Below, piece after piece: positions 55,931 to 64,000 of a DNA stretch of 64,000 bases. The notes beneath the pieces are model-generated. The model was not told the DNA's origin. It worked only from the letters and a program-made list of their open reading frames with translations, and ran no database searches. Every line of letters starts with the position of its first letter. The stretch's first letter is position 1. Source of the DNA: Patescibacteria group bacterium. Its GTDB lineage: Bacteria; Patescibacteriota; Microgenomatia; UBA1400; UBA1449. The stretch covers positions 4,347 through 68,346 of the forward strand of contig JBMNOG010000001.1 of assembly GCA_050942955.1 (NCBI GenBank), read 5' to 3'. Position numbers and translations under genes: made by a program.

Positions 55931-56083
55931 ATGCCACCACTACCAAAAAAGAAACATTCAACTCGCAGAACCGGAATGCGCCGAGCCGCTATAAAACGAC
56001 CTAAAGTAACAATCAGTATTTGCAAATACTGCAACTCTCCAAAAGAGCCACATGTCGTTTGCAAAAACTGTGGGAAGTATTAA
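55931..56083 (+). CDS. rpmF: 50S ribosomal protein L32 (absent from the ORF track)
   Basis: MPPLPKKKHSTRRTGMRR...CKYC...PHVVCKNCGKY. Confidence 0.92.
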   Translation: MPPLPKKKHSTRRTGMRRAAIKRPKVTISICKYCNSPKEPHVVCKNCGKY

Positions 56084-56137
56084 TAGTTTAAGTTCAAAAT
56101 AAAGAGAATTAAAAGATCTTTTTATTTTGAATCGTTC

Positions 56138-56527
56138 TTGAAAAAACTGTCTGACCCAAGACACCAAAAGAGAGTGGAGAAGTTCAAGTCTCTCTTTTCG
56201 TACAGTTTTGGTAACCATACAATCTCTGTAGAACTGAAACCTTCTCCTGAAATCGTTTTAATTATTGACAACCTGAAAAAAATTGATGACTATATTCAAG
56301 GAGCCGCTCCGGAATGGCCTGTAGATAGACTGAATAAGGTAGATTTAGCAATCCTGCGTTTAGCCGTTTACGAACTTCTTGTTGAAAAAAAGACGCCACC
56401 GAAAGTGGTTATTGATGAGGCAGTTGAATTGGGCAAAAGATATGGAAGTGAAAATACTCCTAAGTTTGTCAACGGAGTGTTGGGCGCTCTTTTGAAAAAG
56501 GACAGGGAAGATAATAAATCAAATTAA
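56138..56527 (+). CDS. nusB: Transcription antitermination factor NusB
   Basis: W..DRL.KVDLAILRLA.YE, PPKVVIDEAVELGKRYG..FVNGVL. Confidence 0.95.
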   Translation: MKKLSDPRHQKRVEKFKSLFSYSFGNHTISVELKPSPEIVLIIDNLKKIDDYIQGAAPEWPVDRLNKVDLAILRLAVYELLVEKKTPPKVVIDEAVELGKRYGSENTPKFVNGVLGALLKKDREDNKSN

Positions 56528-56537
56528 CAGGAACCCT

Positions 56538-56780
56538 ATGAATAAGAATGACCTTTTCGTCCTAATTAGCAATGTATTTGGTGTTGAACCTGGTGATATC
56601 AATAGAGATTCAGATTTTTACGACGATCTTAATGCTGACTCAACAGATATGATTGAACTCAAGCTTCAGCTCGAAGATGAACTTAAAACAAAACTGGATG
56701 ACGACGAATACCTTTCTGTACAAACTGTCGGAGATTTAATTGACTTAATTGAGGAATACAGTAATGACTACATTGACTAA
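56538..56780 (+). CDS. acpP: Acyl carrier protein
   Basis: DDLNADSTD phosphopantetheine-site motif; acidic; TVGDLI. Confidence 0.85.
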   Translation: MNKNDLFVLISNVFGVEPGDINRDSDFYDDLNADSTDMIELKLQLEDELKTKLDDDEYLSVQTVGDLIDLIEEYSNDYID

Positions 56781-57456
56781 GTGCCAAGAGCAATTCGGGT
56801 ACCGCTACCACAACATTAACCTTCTTCAAACCGCTCTCACACACCGATCCTATCTTAACGAAGACAGAAGCGTAGTTGAGTCGAATGAACGTTTAGAATT
56901 CTTAGGAGACGCAGTACTAGAATTAATAGTTTCAGACTTTCTATACAATCGCTTTCCTAAACTTCCTGAAGGCAGACTTACAGCACTTCGCTCTAAGATC
57001 GTCCAAACTCGCACTTTGGCAGCTGTTGCCAATAATCTAAACCTTGGAGAGTGCTTACTTTTGTCCAAGGGAGAAACAGCTTCAGGAGGGAGGCAGAACC
57101 CTTCAATCTTAGCTGATTTAGTTGAGGCAATTATCGGTTCGCTCTATCTTGACGGTGGAATTGAAACGGCAAAGCAGTTTATTAACACTCAGTTGCTTGA
57201 GAACTATCAGGATTTAATAGAAAGTGCCGAAGTAGAAGACTGGAAAAGCAAGCTTCAGGAAGTTGTTCAAGCTAAGGGTGGAATAGCCCCTACCTATGAG
57301 GTTCTTAAAGAGGAGGGCCCGGATCATGACAGGGTTTTTACAGTAAGCGTTTTCTTTTTTGATAAGTCTCAGGCGAAAGGCAGCGGCAAATCAAAACAAG
57401 CTGCTCAGCAAGCGGCCGCCAGGAAAGCTCTTGAGAAATTACAGGCTCTAGGGTAG
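56764..57456 (+). CDS. rnc: Ribonuclease III
   Basis: ALTHRSY, NERLEFLGDAVL, dsRBD DWKSKLQE...GPDH..F...GKSK..AQ. Confidence 0.98.
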   Translation: MTTLTKCQEQFGYRYHNINLLQTALTHRSYLNEDRSVVESNERLEFLGDAVLELIVSDFLYNRFPKLPEGRLTALRSKIVQTRTLAAVANNLNLGECLLLSKGETASGGRQNPSILADLVEAIIGSLYLDGGIETAKQFINTQLLENYQDLIESAEVEDWKSKLQEVVQAKGGIAPTYEVLKEEGPDHDRVFTVSVFFFDKSQAKGSGKSKQAAQQAAARKALEKLQALG

Positions 57457-57556
57457 AATACCCTTTATCGTCTTTTTTATATAAGTACGGATGTTTTCTT
57501 TAAAAGATCACGCCTTCTTATATAAAGAAACATAATCATTACAAAAAATTCTAATT

Positions 57557-57805
57557 ATGCTAAAAATTAAACTTACACGATTAGGAAAAAGAGGTCAGCC
57601 TTTTTACAGAATTATTGTAGCTGAGGCAAGATCTAAACGTGACGGAAAATATATTGACCTGCTGGGAACCTACAATCCGATGGTGGAACCTAAGAAAATT
57701 GAGATAGATACTGAGAAGTACGATGCCTGGGTCAAAAAAGGCGCCCAACCAACCCTCACAGTTAAAAGCCTCTACAGAAAAATTAGTCAGAAAACGGGTA
57801 AATAG
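57557..57805 (+). CDS. rpsP: 30S ribosomal protein S16
   Basis: KIKLTRLGK..PFYRIIVA...RDG....GTYNP, GAQPT. Confidence 0.97.
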   Translation: MLKIKLTRLGKRGQPFYRIIVAEARSKRDGKYIDLLGTYNPMVEPKKIEIDTEKYDAWVKKGAQPTLTVKSLYRKISQKTGK

Positions 57806-57819
57806 CATCTAAATCACAT

Positions 57820-58071
57820 ATGGAAGTACTACTTCGCTACATTCTCGAAGGAATAGTTGACCATCCCGAAGACATTGAGATCACTTCCTCTGAAAACGAG
57901 TATGGTCATATTTCCCTTGAAGTCAGAGTAAACCCTGAAGACATGGGAAAAGTAATCGGCAAAAACGGGAAAATCATCTCAGCAATCAGGAAAATCCTTA
58001 AGGTTAAGGCTATGAAGACAGGTAAACGCTTTAATCTTGAACTTGTTGATCAGCAAGTTCGGCAAGACTAA
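57820..58071 (+). CDS. khpA: KH-domain RNA-binding protein KhpA
   Basis: EDMGKVIGKNGKIISAIR; follows rpsP. Confidence 0.92.
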   Translation: MEVLLRYILEGIVDHPEDIEITSSENEYGHISLEVRVNPEDMGKVIGKNGKIISAIRKILKVKAMKTGKRFNLELVDQQVRQD

Positions 58072-58888
58072 CAAAGGGGTTGGAAACTCCAAACACTACC
58101 CCATACACCCCCTCATCATTAAAAAATCCCTCATTGTTAAACGGTCTTTCAGCTAGAAGGTAGGTGTTCAGTTCGTTAAGGAAATCGACCTCTTCTCCAG
58201 AAAGTGATTGAAATGGAGCATCAGGAGAAGGAAGATATTTAGGCATAGTCTGATAGTAGACCACTATTTTCAAACTAGCATTCATAATGGAAATATCACC
58301 GCTAGCGCTTGGGTTAACTGAAAACGACAGATATTCAAGTTTCATGATAGGGGATATCTCTTTCATCTTAGCAATAAAACTTAAAAGTTTATCTCTTGAC
58401 CCTGTTAATGAAAAGGATATCTCAAAATTCTCCAAACGGCTCTGGTTGGCTCTGGGTTCAATAGTGGTTGTGTCAGCCGGCAACTCTGTATAATCATTTA
58501 CCTTTCCGGGTTTTAAGCTGAGACCGGAAAACTGTACTCCCTCCATACGAGCTAATTGGGAAAGATTAGTAAGAGTTTGCAGTGATGGTTTAGTTGAAGG
58601 CAGATATCTCTCAACATTCTTAAATTGAGTCTCAGTAATCTCGGCGTTGGGACCGCTTTGTAAACTATTAAGAACTGATCTCTGTCGGGAAAGTGATTCT
58701 AAAAGGACTTTCTTTTCCTCGATTTGTTTTCTAGTTTCAATAATAGAAATGAGAGCAGGTCTGAAAAAGAGAACTAAAGTCAGAGCAATAATAACCAAAA
58801 CAAATATCGGCATCATTTTCTCTCTTGGCGTTAGTTTCTTACCTTTCAAGGCTAGGGTATCAAGAATCTCTTTTTTTCTTGCAGGCAT
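58031..58888 (-). CDS. pilO: Type IV pilus assembly protein PilO-like
   Basis: TM + coiled coil + LP; follows pilM-pilN. Confidence 0.75.
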   Translation of the reverse strand: MPARKKEILDTLALKGKKLTPREKMMPIFVLVIIALTLVLFFRPALISIIETRKQIEEKKVLLESLSRQRSVLNSLQSGPNAEITETQFKNVERYLPSTKPSLQTLTNLSQLARMEGVQFSGLSLKPGKVNDYTELPADTTTIEPRANQSRLENFEISFSLTGSRDKLLSFIAKMKEISPIMKLEYLSFSVNPSASGDISIMNASLKIVVYYQTMPKYLPSPDAPFQSLSGEEVDFLNELNTYLLAERPFNNEGFFNDEGVYGVVFGVSNPFVSLAELADQQVQD

Positions 58889-58903
58889 AGTTACTTATTT
58901 TTA

Positions 58904-59476
58904 TTAACTTTCTGAAGACTCAAGATCAAGTTGCAGTGTTACTGCAAAGGAATATGTTCCTTCCTCATCAATAGATACACTACCAACTTCTGCGTTTTTA
59001 ATAAGAACCGGTCCTTTATCTTTAACGGTCTCGGTGTTTGTAATAAACTTAGCAACCGCTTTGCTGTCATAGGTAGTAGCGCTAAATTTAACAACCCCTT
59101 CTTCATCAACTCCAAAACTGTTAACAGAAAGGTTTTCAGGAAGCAAGCTTAACACTTTTTCAAAAATTTCCTGGTGCCGATAGAGCGCAGTACTAATACC
59201 CATAACAGTTCCCGTTTTTTCCTTAAGAACAAGGTACTTAGCTCGCACCTCATTCATTTGCCGTATAGCTGTACGTTCATGCTCAATATTTTTATCCAAA
59301 TCTTTTAAACGAAATGCCATGTAGCCACTGTAGGCAATCACACCAAGTAAGACTGCAGCGTAGGTAGCAAGAGTAAAAAAGGAAAACATCTGAATTAGAT
59401 GAAGCCGTTTTGACTGCAGCATGAGAACTGCCCTTTGTTTTCTTAGAAAGTTGATTTTAGGTGTATTAGTTTTCAT
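58904..59476 (-). CDS. pilN: Type IV pilus assembly protein PilN-like
   Basis: N-terminal INFL motif, TM, coiled coil, LP..L. Confidence 0.8.
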   Translation of the reverse strand: MKTNTPKINFLRKQRAVLMLQSKRLHLIQMFSFFTLATYAAVLLGVIAYSGYMAFRLKDLDKNIEHERTAIRQMNEVRAKYLVLKEKTGTVMGISTALYRHQEIFEKVLSLLPENLSVNSFGVDEEGVVKFSATTYDSKAVAKFITNTETVKDKGPVLIKNAEVGSVSIDEEGTYSFAVTLQLDLESSES

Positions 59477-59479
59477 AGA

Positions 59480-60496
59480 TTAATCCCTTATAGCTAATCC
59501 TATGACTGTAACAAACCGTGGGGCAGAGGAAACTAGCTGCTGAGGTAAATTACGGTTAAGACAGTTCTGGAGAGGGTTAGCCAGATTAACTTCAATGTTC
59601 AACTGGTCAACCAGGTAGTAGGTTAGGTTCGGCAGCAAAGCTGTCCCTCCAGCCAACACAATCTGGTCCACACGTCCCTCTGTGTCAATACTTTTGGCAA
59701 AACGGACATTTTTGACAATGTGGTTAACAATATGATCCAACGGCTCTTTCATAGCTTGAGAAATCTTGCCTTCCAACTGGTCTTCACTTAACCCGTATAC
59801 ATGCTTATACTGCCTAGCCTGCTGTTCTGACAGAGATAGATTTTGAGCTATGGAACGAGTCAGGGCTTCTCCGGCTGTAGGTAAGGAACTCAACTGCTTT
59901 AAACTTCCTCGTTGCAAAATAGCTATATCGGTTGAACTGTTACCCATATCTACTAAAAGCGAGTAATCCCCAAGCTGACCTTTAAGGGAGCGTATAGCAG
60001 CCAAGAGAGCTGTTTCTACAACCAGTGGAGTAAACTCGGCCATCTGTACGATCTTAACCAGTCTTTCAACCACTCCTTTTTTTGCAGCAACAAACAAGAC
60101 ATCCATTTTTGCATCTGTAACTCCGGGAGGCGGCATAAATAAGACTTGATGTTCAAGATATACCTCCTCAAGCGGCACCGGAATGTACTGCTCAGACTCG
60201 AACTTCACTGCACTTTCAAGCTCGTTGTCTTTTAGTACTGGCAACTGAATCACCCTCGTATATACCTGAGACTCAGGAATGCTGAGATACACTTCACGGC
60301 TGTGAATCTTGGAATCTGATACTAGTTGACGGAGAGCCTTGGCAATAATAGCGGCATCCTGGGGATTATTTGAGTGAAGCGGTGCTGGAGTTTTTATTTC
60401 TCCAAACGCCAGCAAATCAAAACCATCTTTTGAAGTTTTGGCTTCTGCAACTTTAATTGTTGAAGTGGAAATATCTAAACCAAAATGGGCAGGCAT
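59480..60496 (-). CDS. pilM: Type IV pilus assembly protein PilM
   Basis: GLDIST..IK, E.EQYIP, VDMG..ST, LAGGTALL, NP, IGLA. Confidence 0.93.
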   Translation of the reverse strand: MPAHFGLDISTSTIKVAEAKTSKDGFDLLAFGEIKTPAPLHSNNPQDAAIIAKALRQLVSDSKIHSREVYLSIPESQVYTRVIQLPVLKDNELESAVKFESEQYIPVPLEEVYLEHQVLFMPPPGVTDAKMDVLFVAAKKGVVERLVKIVQMAEFTPLVVETALLAAIRSLKGQLGDYSLLVDMGNSSTDIAILQRGSLKQLSSLPTAGEALTRSIAQNLSLSEQQARQYKHVYGLSEDQLEGKISQAMKEPLDHIVNHIVKNVRFAKSIDTEGRVDQIVLAGGTALLPNLTYYLVDQLNIEVNLANPLQNCLNRNLPQQLVSSAPRFVTVIGLAIRD

Positions 60497-60508
60497 AGTC
60501 TGTAAGTC

Positions 60509-61327
60509 TTATTTTTCTAAGTCTCCTCCGCTAAATAAGACGTAATCAAAAATATCAGGAAGGTCAGGTTCAGTTTTGACTACTTCAATAGCCCGGCTTT
60601 CACCTGATTCCGTAGTTGAGCTTGAAGTAATGGTAATCTGTTGGCGAGGAAGCTCATCACCTGTAACCTTTATTGTAGCATCCCTGAAAACAGGGCGAAT
60701 GCGCAGCTGTATATCGTTAGAAGCTGTAGGAACACTAGCCATACTTCTAAACCCTTCATCTCTTCCACTATTCGAATCTTCCCAACCTGCCCCATCTGAG
60801 GGGACGCTACACCCATTTGGCCTATATGCTGCATATGTTACTGTATTATCGCTCTTTAAAGTACCAACAATAATGCCTGCCGGAAGAGCATCGGGATTAT
60901 TTTCATCGATGGGACAGTCCCCGTCAATATCTTCATCTGACTCTGCTTTAGTCCAGTACACTACTATATTATAAGAAGCAGCATTAAGCTGAACTGTAGC
61001 CACACTGTTCCGGGAAACAAAAACCTCAAGCTCAGTTTCTTCGGCTGCAACTACATCAGCTTGAAAATCACCAATTCTAATAGCTGGTCTGTCTTCAACA
61101 TCTTCTCCATACGTACCGATAATCTCATTTATATTATTGTTATATAAAAGTTCTTCAATGCCAGCCTCAGCTATGCCAAACGCTTCCTCGCTCCCTTCTT
61201 CAGTCAGGGTTATTGACGTATCAGAAAGGGTGTTAAGAAAGATACTTAAGGCGATTGTCAGGCCCACAATCATAGTTAATAGTACGACTAACACTACCTG
61301 ACCTGAATTGGAACAAAAGGTATTCAT
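60509..61327 (-). CDS. PilX-like minor pilin
   Basis: SGQVVLVVLL..., A...AEAGIEE. Confidence 0.8.
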   Translation of the reverse strand: MNTFCSNSGQVVLVVLLTMIVGLTIALSIFLNTLSDTSITLTEEGSEEAFGIAEAGIEELLYNNNINEIIGTYGEDVEDRPAIRIGDFQADVVAAEETELEVFVSRNSVATVQLNAASYNIVVYWTKAESDEDIDGDCPIDENNPDALPAGIIVGTLKSDNTVTYAAYRPNGCSVPSDGAGWEDSNSGRDEGFRSMASVPTASNDIQLRIRPVFRDATIKVTGDELPRQQITITSSSTTESGESRAIEVVKTEPDLPDIFDYVLFSGGDLEK

Positions 61328-61331
61328 ATTT

Positions 61332-61859
61332 TTATTTAATATTCCTCATAACAGCACATGTGGTAAAGGTATCTTCTGAACTTGAGTCATTAGGGTTTTT
61401 TAAAACCAGTTCTAAATCAAAACTGTAAGTCCCCCTATTATTTTTATAGCACGAAAGCGAGCAGTTTTGTATGCTTAAATTTGGACCAGTAGAGATTAGG
61501 TTTTGGTCATCAATCGAAAGAGTTCCTGGAATACAAACAATAGTTGTCTCCACTGTACTGTCTTCTGAATGGCTCTTTTCTTTTAAGGTGATTGTAGCTT
61601 GAGGGCTCCCATTACAAATAGTATCTGCACCAATTACCTCCAAAGCACCTGTCAGCTTCCGGTTGATAACAGAAACCGCACTTCCACCTTCCTGACGGAT
61701 TGACAGGATTGTTTCTGTTTTCTGGTTGTTTCTCAGAATCATCATGAGAAGGGTAGTTGAACCGCCAATAACCATAGCAAACATGCCGATTACCACTAAT
61801 ATTTCAATAAGAGTAAAACCTTTACTGATTGCCGGTTGCGGTGTTGTTTTTACTGCCAT
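61332..61859 (-). CDS. Minor pilin (prepilin N-terminal methylation motif)
   Basis: KGFTLIEILVV. Confidence 0.88.
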   Translation of the reverse strand: MAVKTTPQPAISKGFTLIEILVVIGMFAMVIGGSTTLLMMILRNNQKTETILSIRQEGGSAVSVINRKLTGALEVIGADTICNGSPQATITLKEKSHSEDSTVETTIVCIPGTLSIDDQNLISTGPNLSIQNCSLSCYKNNRGTYSFDLELVLKNPNDSSSEDTFTTCAVMRNIK

Positions 61860-62263
61860 TTTGATAAGTAGGTTTGCTGGGTAACAGTATGGTCTCCTTT
61901 AACGTCTATCCAGGAAACTTCAACCACTACATGAACAATGGGTCTGGGATTACCAAGTGTATCCTGTAAAACTGTTTTTAATATCTTCCTTGTAAAATTT
62001 CCGTCAATATCGTTTTCTTCTTCTAGGGAATCAATTGCAAAATCGTTCCATGTCTTTGTATCCCTTTCTTTTCTGGCTTGTTCTATTCCTTCTTTTGCCA
62101 GAATAACTGCTTTTTTTCTCAAAAGTGATAACTGGGAAAGCTGGATGGACTTGGTAGCCAGAAGGGCTGCGGCAGTCAGAACTATAACCATAATCGTCAT
62201 CCCAACAAGAAGCTCAATCAGACTTTGGCCGGAACTTGAAGCAGTATGGGCAGTTTTGTTCAT
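61850..62263 (-). CDS. Minor pilin (PilV-like)
   Basis: GQSLIELLV, A..LA.EGIE..R, V.VSW. Confidence 0.85.
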   Translation of the reverse strand: MNKTAHTASSSGQSLIELLVGMTIMVIVLTAAALLATKSIQLSQLSLLRKKAVILAKEGIEQARKERDTKTWNDFAIDSLEEENDIDGNFTRKILKTVLQDTLGNPRPIVHVVVEVSWIDVKGDHTVTQQTYLSKWQ

Positions 62264-62264
62264 T

Positions 62265-62732
62265 TTAGTACGTAACCGTGATTTCACCTGTTTGAGTGAC
62301 AGTTATAGTAGCATCTTTTGTAGTGCCTGGTATCTGTATCATAATAGATTCCTCAGCATCCGCTCCTCTAGTGACTGAAGAAAAAAGCACAGAACCTGAT
62401 GAAGTTAACTGTACCCCTTTATCTAAGGATACAGTCTTTGTTGCAGATTGCTGAATATTATTACAATGAGGGTGCAGCGAAAATGAGGTAGTACTGTAAG
62501 CAAACTCCACTCCATTAAAGGGGGTACAACCAGGGTTTGGTTTTTTTCCAAAAAAGGCGCTCTCCCTGGCCTCATACAGACCTGAGCGTACTTGTTTAAC
62601 TGTTTTTTTGAGCAACTGATCCTCTTGAATCTCGGAAAACGCCATCATACCTAGACCGGTTAAAGTACCAATAATTGTCATTACAACCAGGAGTTCGATG
62701 AGGGAGAAACCGGACTTTAGAGGCAGGCTCAT
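62265..62732 (-). CDS. Minor pilin (FimT/GspH-like)
   Basis: SGFSLIELLVV. Confidence 0.85.
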   Translation of the reverse strand: MSLPLKSGFSLIELLVVMTIIGTLTGLGMMAFSEIQEDQLLKKTVKQVRSGLYEARESAFFGKKPNPGCTPFNGVEFAYSTTSFSLHPHCNNIQQSATKTVSLDKGVQLTSSGSVLFSSVTRGADAEESIMIQIPGTTKDATITVTQTGEITVTY

Positions 62733-62745
62733 ATAATTACCTCAG

Positions 62746-63204
62746 TTAGGGGTTTTTTACACAGTATGCATTAAGCTCTCCGCAGGACGCACAACCTGTC
62801 CCTGATCCTGGATCTATCTCCAAACAGGCCGTTAGTGTGTATTGCAGAGGGTTTGTCCTGTTATAAATGTATGGACTCTCTTCGTCAGGATTACTTGGAT
62901 CACAGGGAATATTCGTCATATAGATATTAGGTCCGTTTGAAATTTCGGTTCCTTCGCCACAGTCAGCTAAATCTAATGTATCTGGGTATACCCCTTCATC
63001 TGCTCTATAAAGCTCTAAGGCGCCTCGTATAGCCTCCAGATCCGCTTTTCTTCGGGAATCACGGGCTTTTTTTGTAAAACTGCTGTAGTTAGTTAATCCC
63101 ACAGCAGTCAGAATTGTGATAATCGTCACTACAACCAAAAGCTCTATTAAGGTAAAACCTTTGGTTTTATTAGAGAGAGTAGGGAAGTGAAAAAAAATTT
63201 TCAT
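62746..63204 (-). CDS. GspG-like type IV pilin
   Basis: KGFTLIELLVV, KARDSRRKADL..I..ALELY..D.G.YP. Confidence 0.9.
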   Translation of the reverse strand: MKIFFHFPTLSNKTKGFTLIELLVVVTIITILTAVGLTNYSSFTKKARDSRRKADLEAIRGALELYRADEGVYPDTLDLADCGEGTEISNGPNIYMTNIPCDPSNPDEESPYIYNRTNPLQYTLTACLEIDPGSGTGCASCGELNAYCVKNP

Positions 63205-63250
63205 AGGTTTATATATTTTTGATCTAGAAAGATCCAAAACATAGAGTTAA

Positions 63251-63712
63251 TTACTGACTGCTTTTCATACAAAAGTAGGGACGGTCATCCAGATCTCCAC
63301 TGTCTACAAAAGTGCAGTTAAAGTCTTCAGAATTTCCAGGATCAGCTTCTAATCTATGTGTACAAAGGCAGTAAGATTTTTCAGTGGGGTCGTAAGCATA
63401 ATGATAGTTGTAGTTTGAATCATCATCTGAAGTATTACTTGTAGGAACAGTTCCTCCTGAAAAGTATGAAGGATCATTTCCTTCCAACTCCTCGGGAAAT
63501 TCTTCAGTATTAGGATATTTACCGTTTATTGAGTAGTACATTTCTAATGCTTTATGTATTTCTGAAACTTCTGATTTAGCCTGCCCGTCCCTGGCACGCT
63601 TAATTGATTTTGTATATGCTCCAGAACCTATAGTTGCCAAAATACCTACTATGGTAACAGAAATCAAAAGCTCAACCAGCGTAAACCCTCTGGAAAAAGA
63701 TTTGAACAGCAT
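63251..63712 (-). CDS. GspG-like type IV pilin
   Basis: RGFTLVELLI, RARD...K......ALEMYY...G.YP. Confidence 0.9.
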   Translation of the reverse strand: MLFKSFSRGFTLVELLISVTIVGILATIGSGAYTKSIKRARDGQAKSEVSEIHKALEMYYSINGKYPNTEEFPEELEGNDPSYFSGGTVPTSNTSDDDSNYNYHYAYDPTEKSYCLCTHRLEADPGNSEDFNCTFVDSGDLDDRPYFCMKSSQ

Positions 63713-63771
63713 ACTTTTTAGCCTCTATACCTCTTAGCTAAAAATCTTTAGCCAACAGGCAAGAGGTTTAG

Positions 63772-63999
63772 TTAGAATCCTAAACCCCGAACGTACAACC
63801 CCCATAAATACTCGCCTAAAACCTTGGCAATCAGCATCCCTCCTAACAGAAACGGTCCAAACGGCAGAGCTGACTTTAGGGTTTTTCTTTTAAGTACAAT
63901 CAGTATGACACCGGCAACCGCACCAGTCAAGAATGCCATAAACATGGCAACCAAAACCCACTGCCACCAGCCCAAAACCACACCTATAAAAAATGCCAA
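63772..63999 (-). CDS. pilD: Prepilin peptidase, C-terminal part (runs off the window)
   Basis: AFLTGA..G...LPFGPFL. Confidence 0.85.
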   Translation of the reverse strand: MAFFIGVVLGWWQWVLVAMFMAFLTGAVAGVILIVLKRKTLKSALPFGPFLLGGMLIAKVLGEYLWGLYVRGLGF

Positions 64000-64000
64000 C

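Noticed and set aside
58031-58071. 41-bp convergent overlap of khpA and pilO 3' ends
   Set aside because: Short tail overlaps are common in compact genomes; no further signal seen
58031-63999. Type IV pilus cluster as a novel system
   Set aside because: Standard pilD-pilins-pilM/N/O organisation widely reported in CPR

Overview
64 kb of bacterial chromosome, inferred to be a Patescibacteria/CPR organism of the Microgenomates group. The inference rests on a trigger factor without its PPIase domain, a short PheT, a DUF5660-like protein, the rpmF-nusB-acpP-rnc-rpsP-khpA run, a type IV pilus cluster and few Shine-Dalgarno motifs. Standard code 11 is used. Most of the window is housekeeping: murI, a MacAB-type ABC exporter, tig, truB, pyk, tsaD, a tsaC-tsaE fusion, a 2-oxoacid:ferredoxin oxidoreductase, thrS-infC-rpmI-rplT-pheST, a class A PBP, tyrS, recG, pilM/N/O with pilins, and five tRNAs. 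The strongest signals are non-coding. (1) Three tRNA genes (Leu-TAA, Gly-TCC, Val-GAC) are each preceded by degenerate copies of their own 5' half; for Gly and Val these are periodic and decay with distance. (2) A complete type III hammerhead ribozyme and a long hairpin follow a zinc-ribbon/excisionase-like HTH gene split at a C9 tract, next to tRNA-Leu. (3) A ~235-nt structured ncRNA candidate lies downstream of a two-component system; its promoter shares an 11-bp-periodic YTCAYH box with two neighbouring promoters. (4) thrS has a T-box with an ultra-short stem I, and pheS has a pheM-like leader-peptide attenuator. Also present are a degenerate HD domain fused to an FtsK-gamma-like domain beside a RecD/Dda-like helicase, and several decayed genes (mutY-like, cupin, SPFH remnant). 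All calls come from reading the sequence by eye; no searches or folding programs were run.
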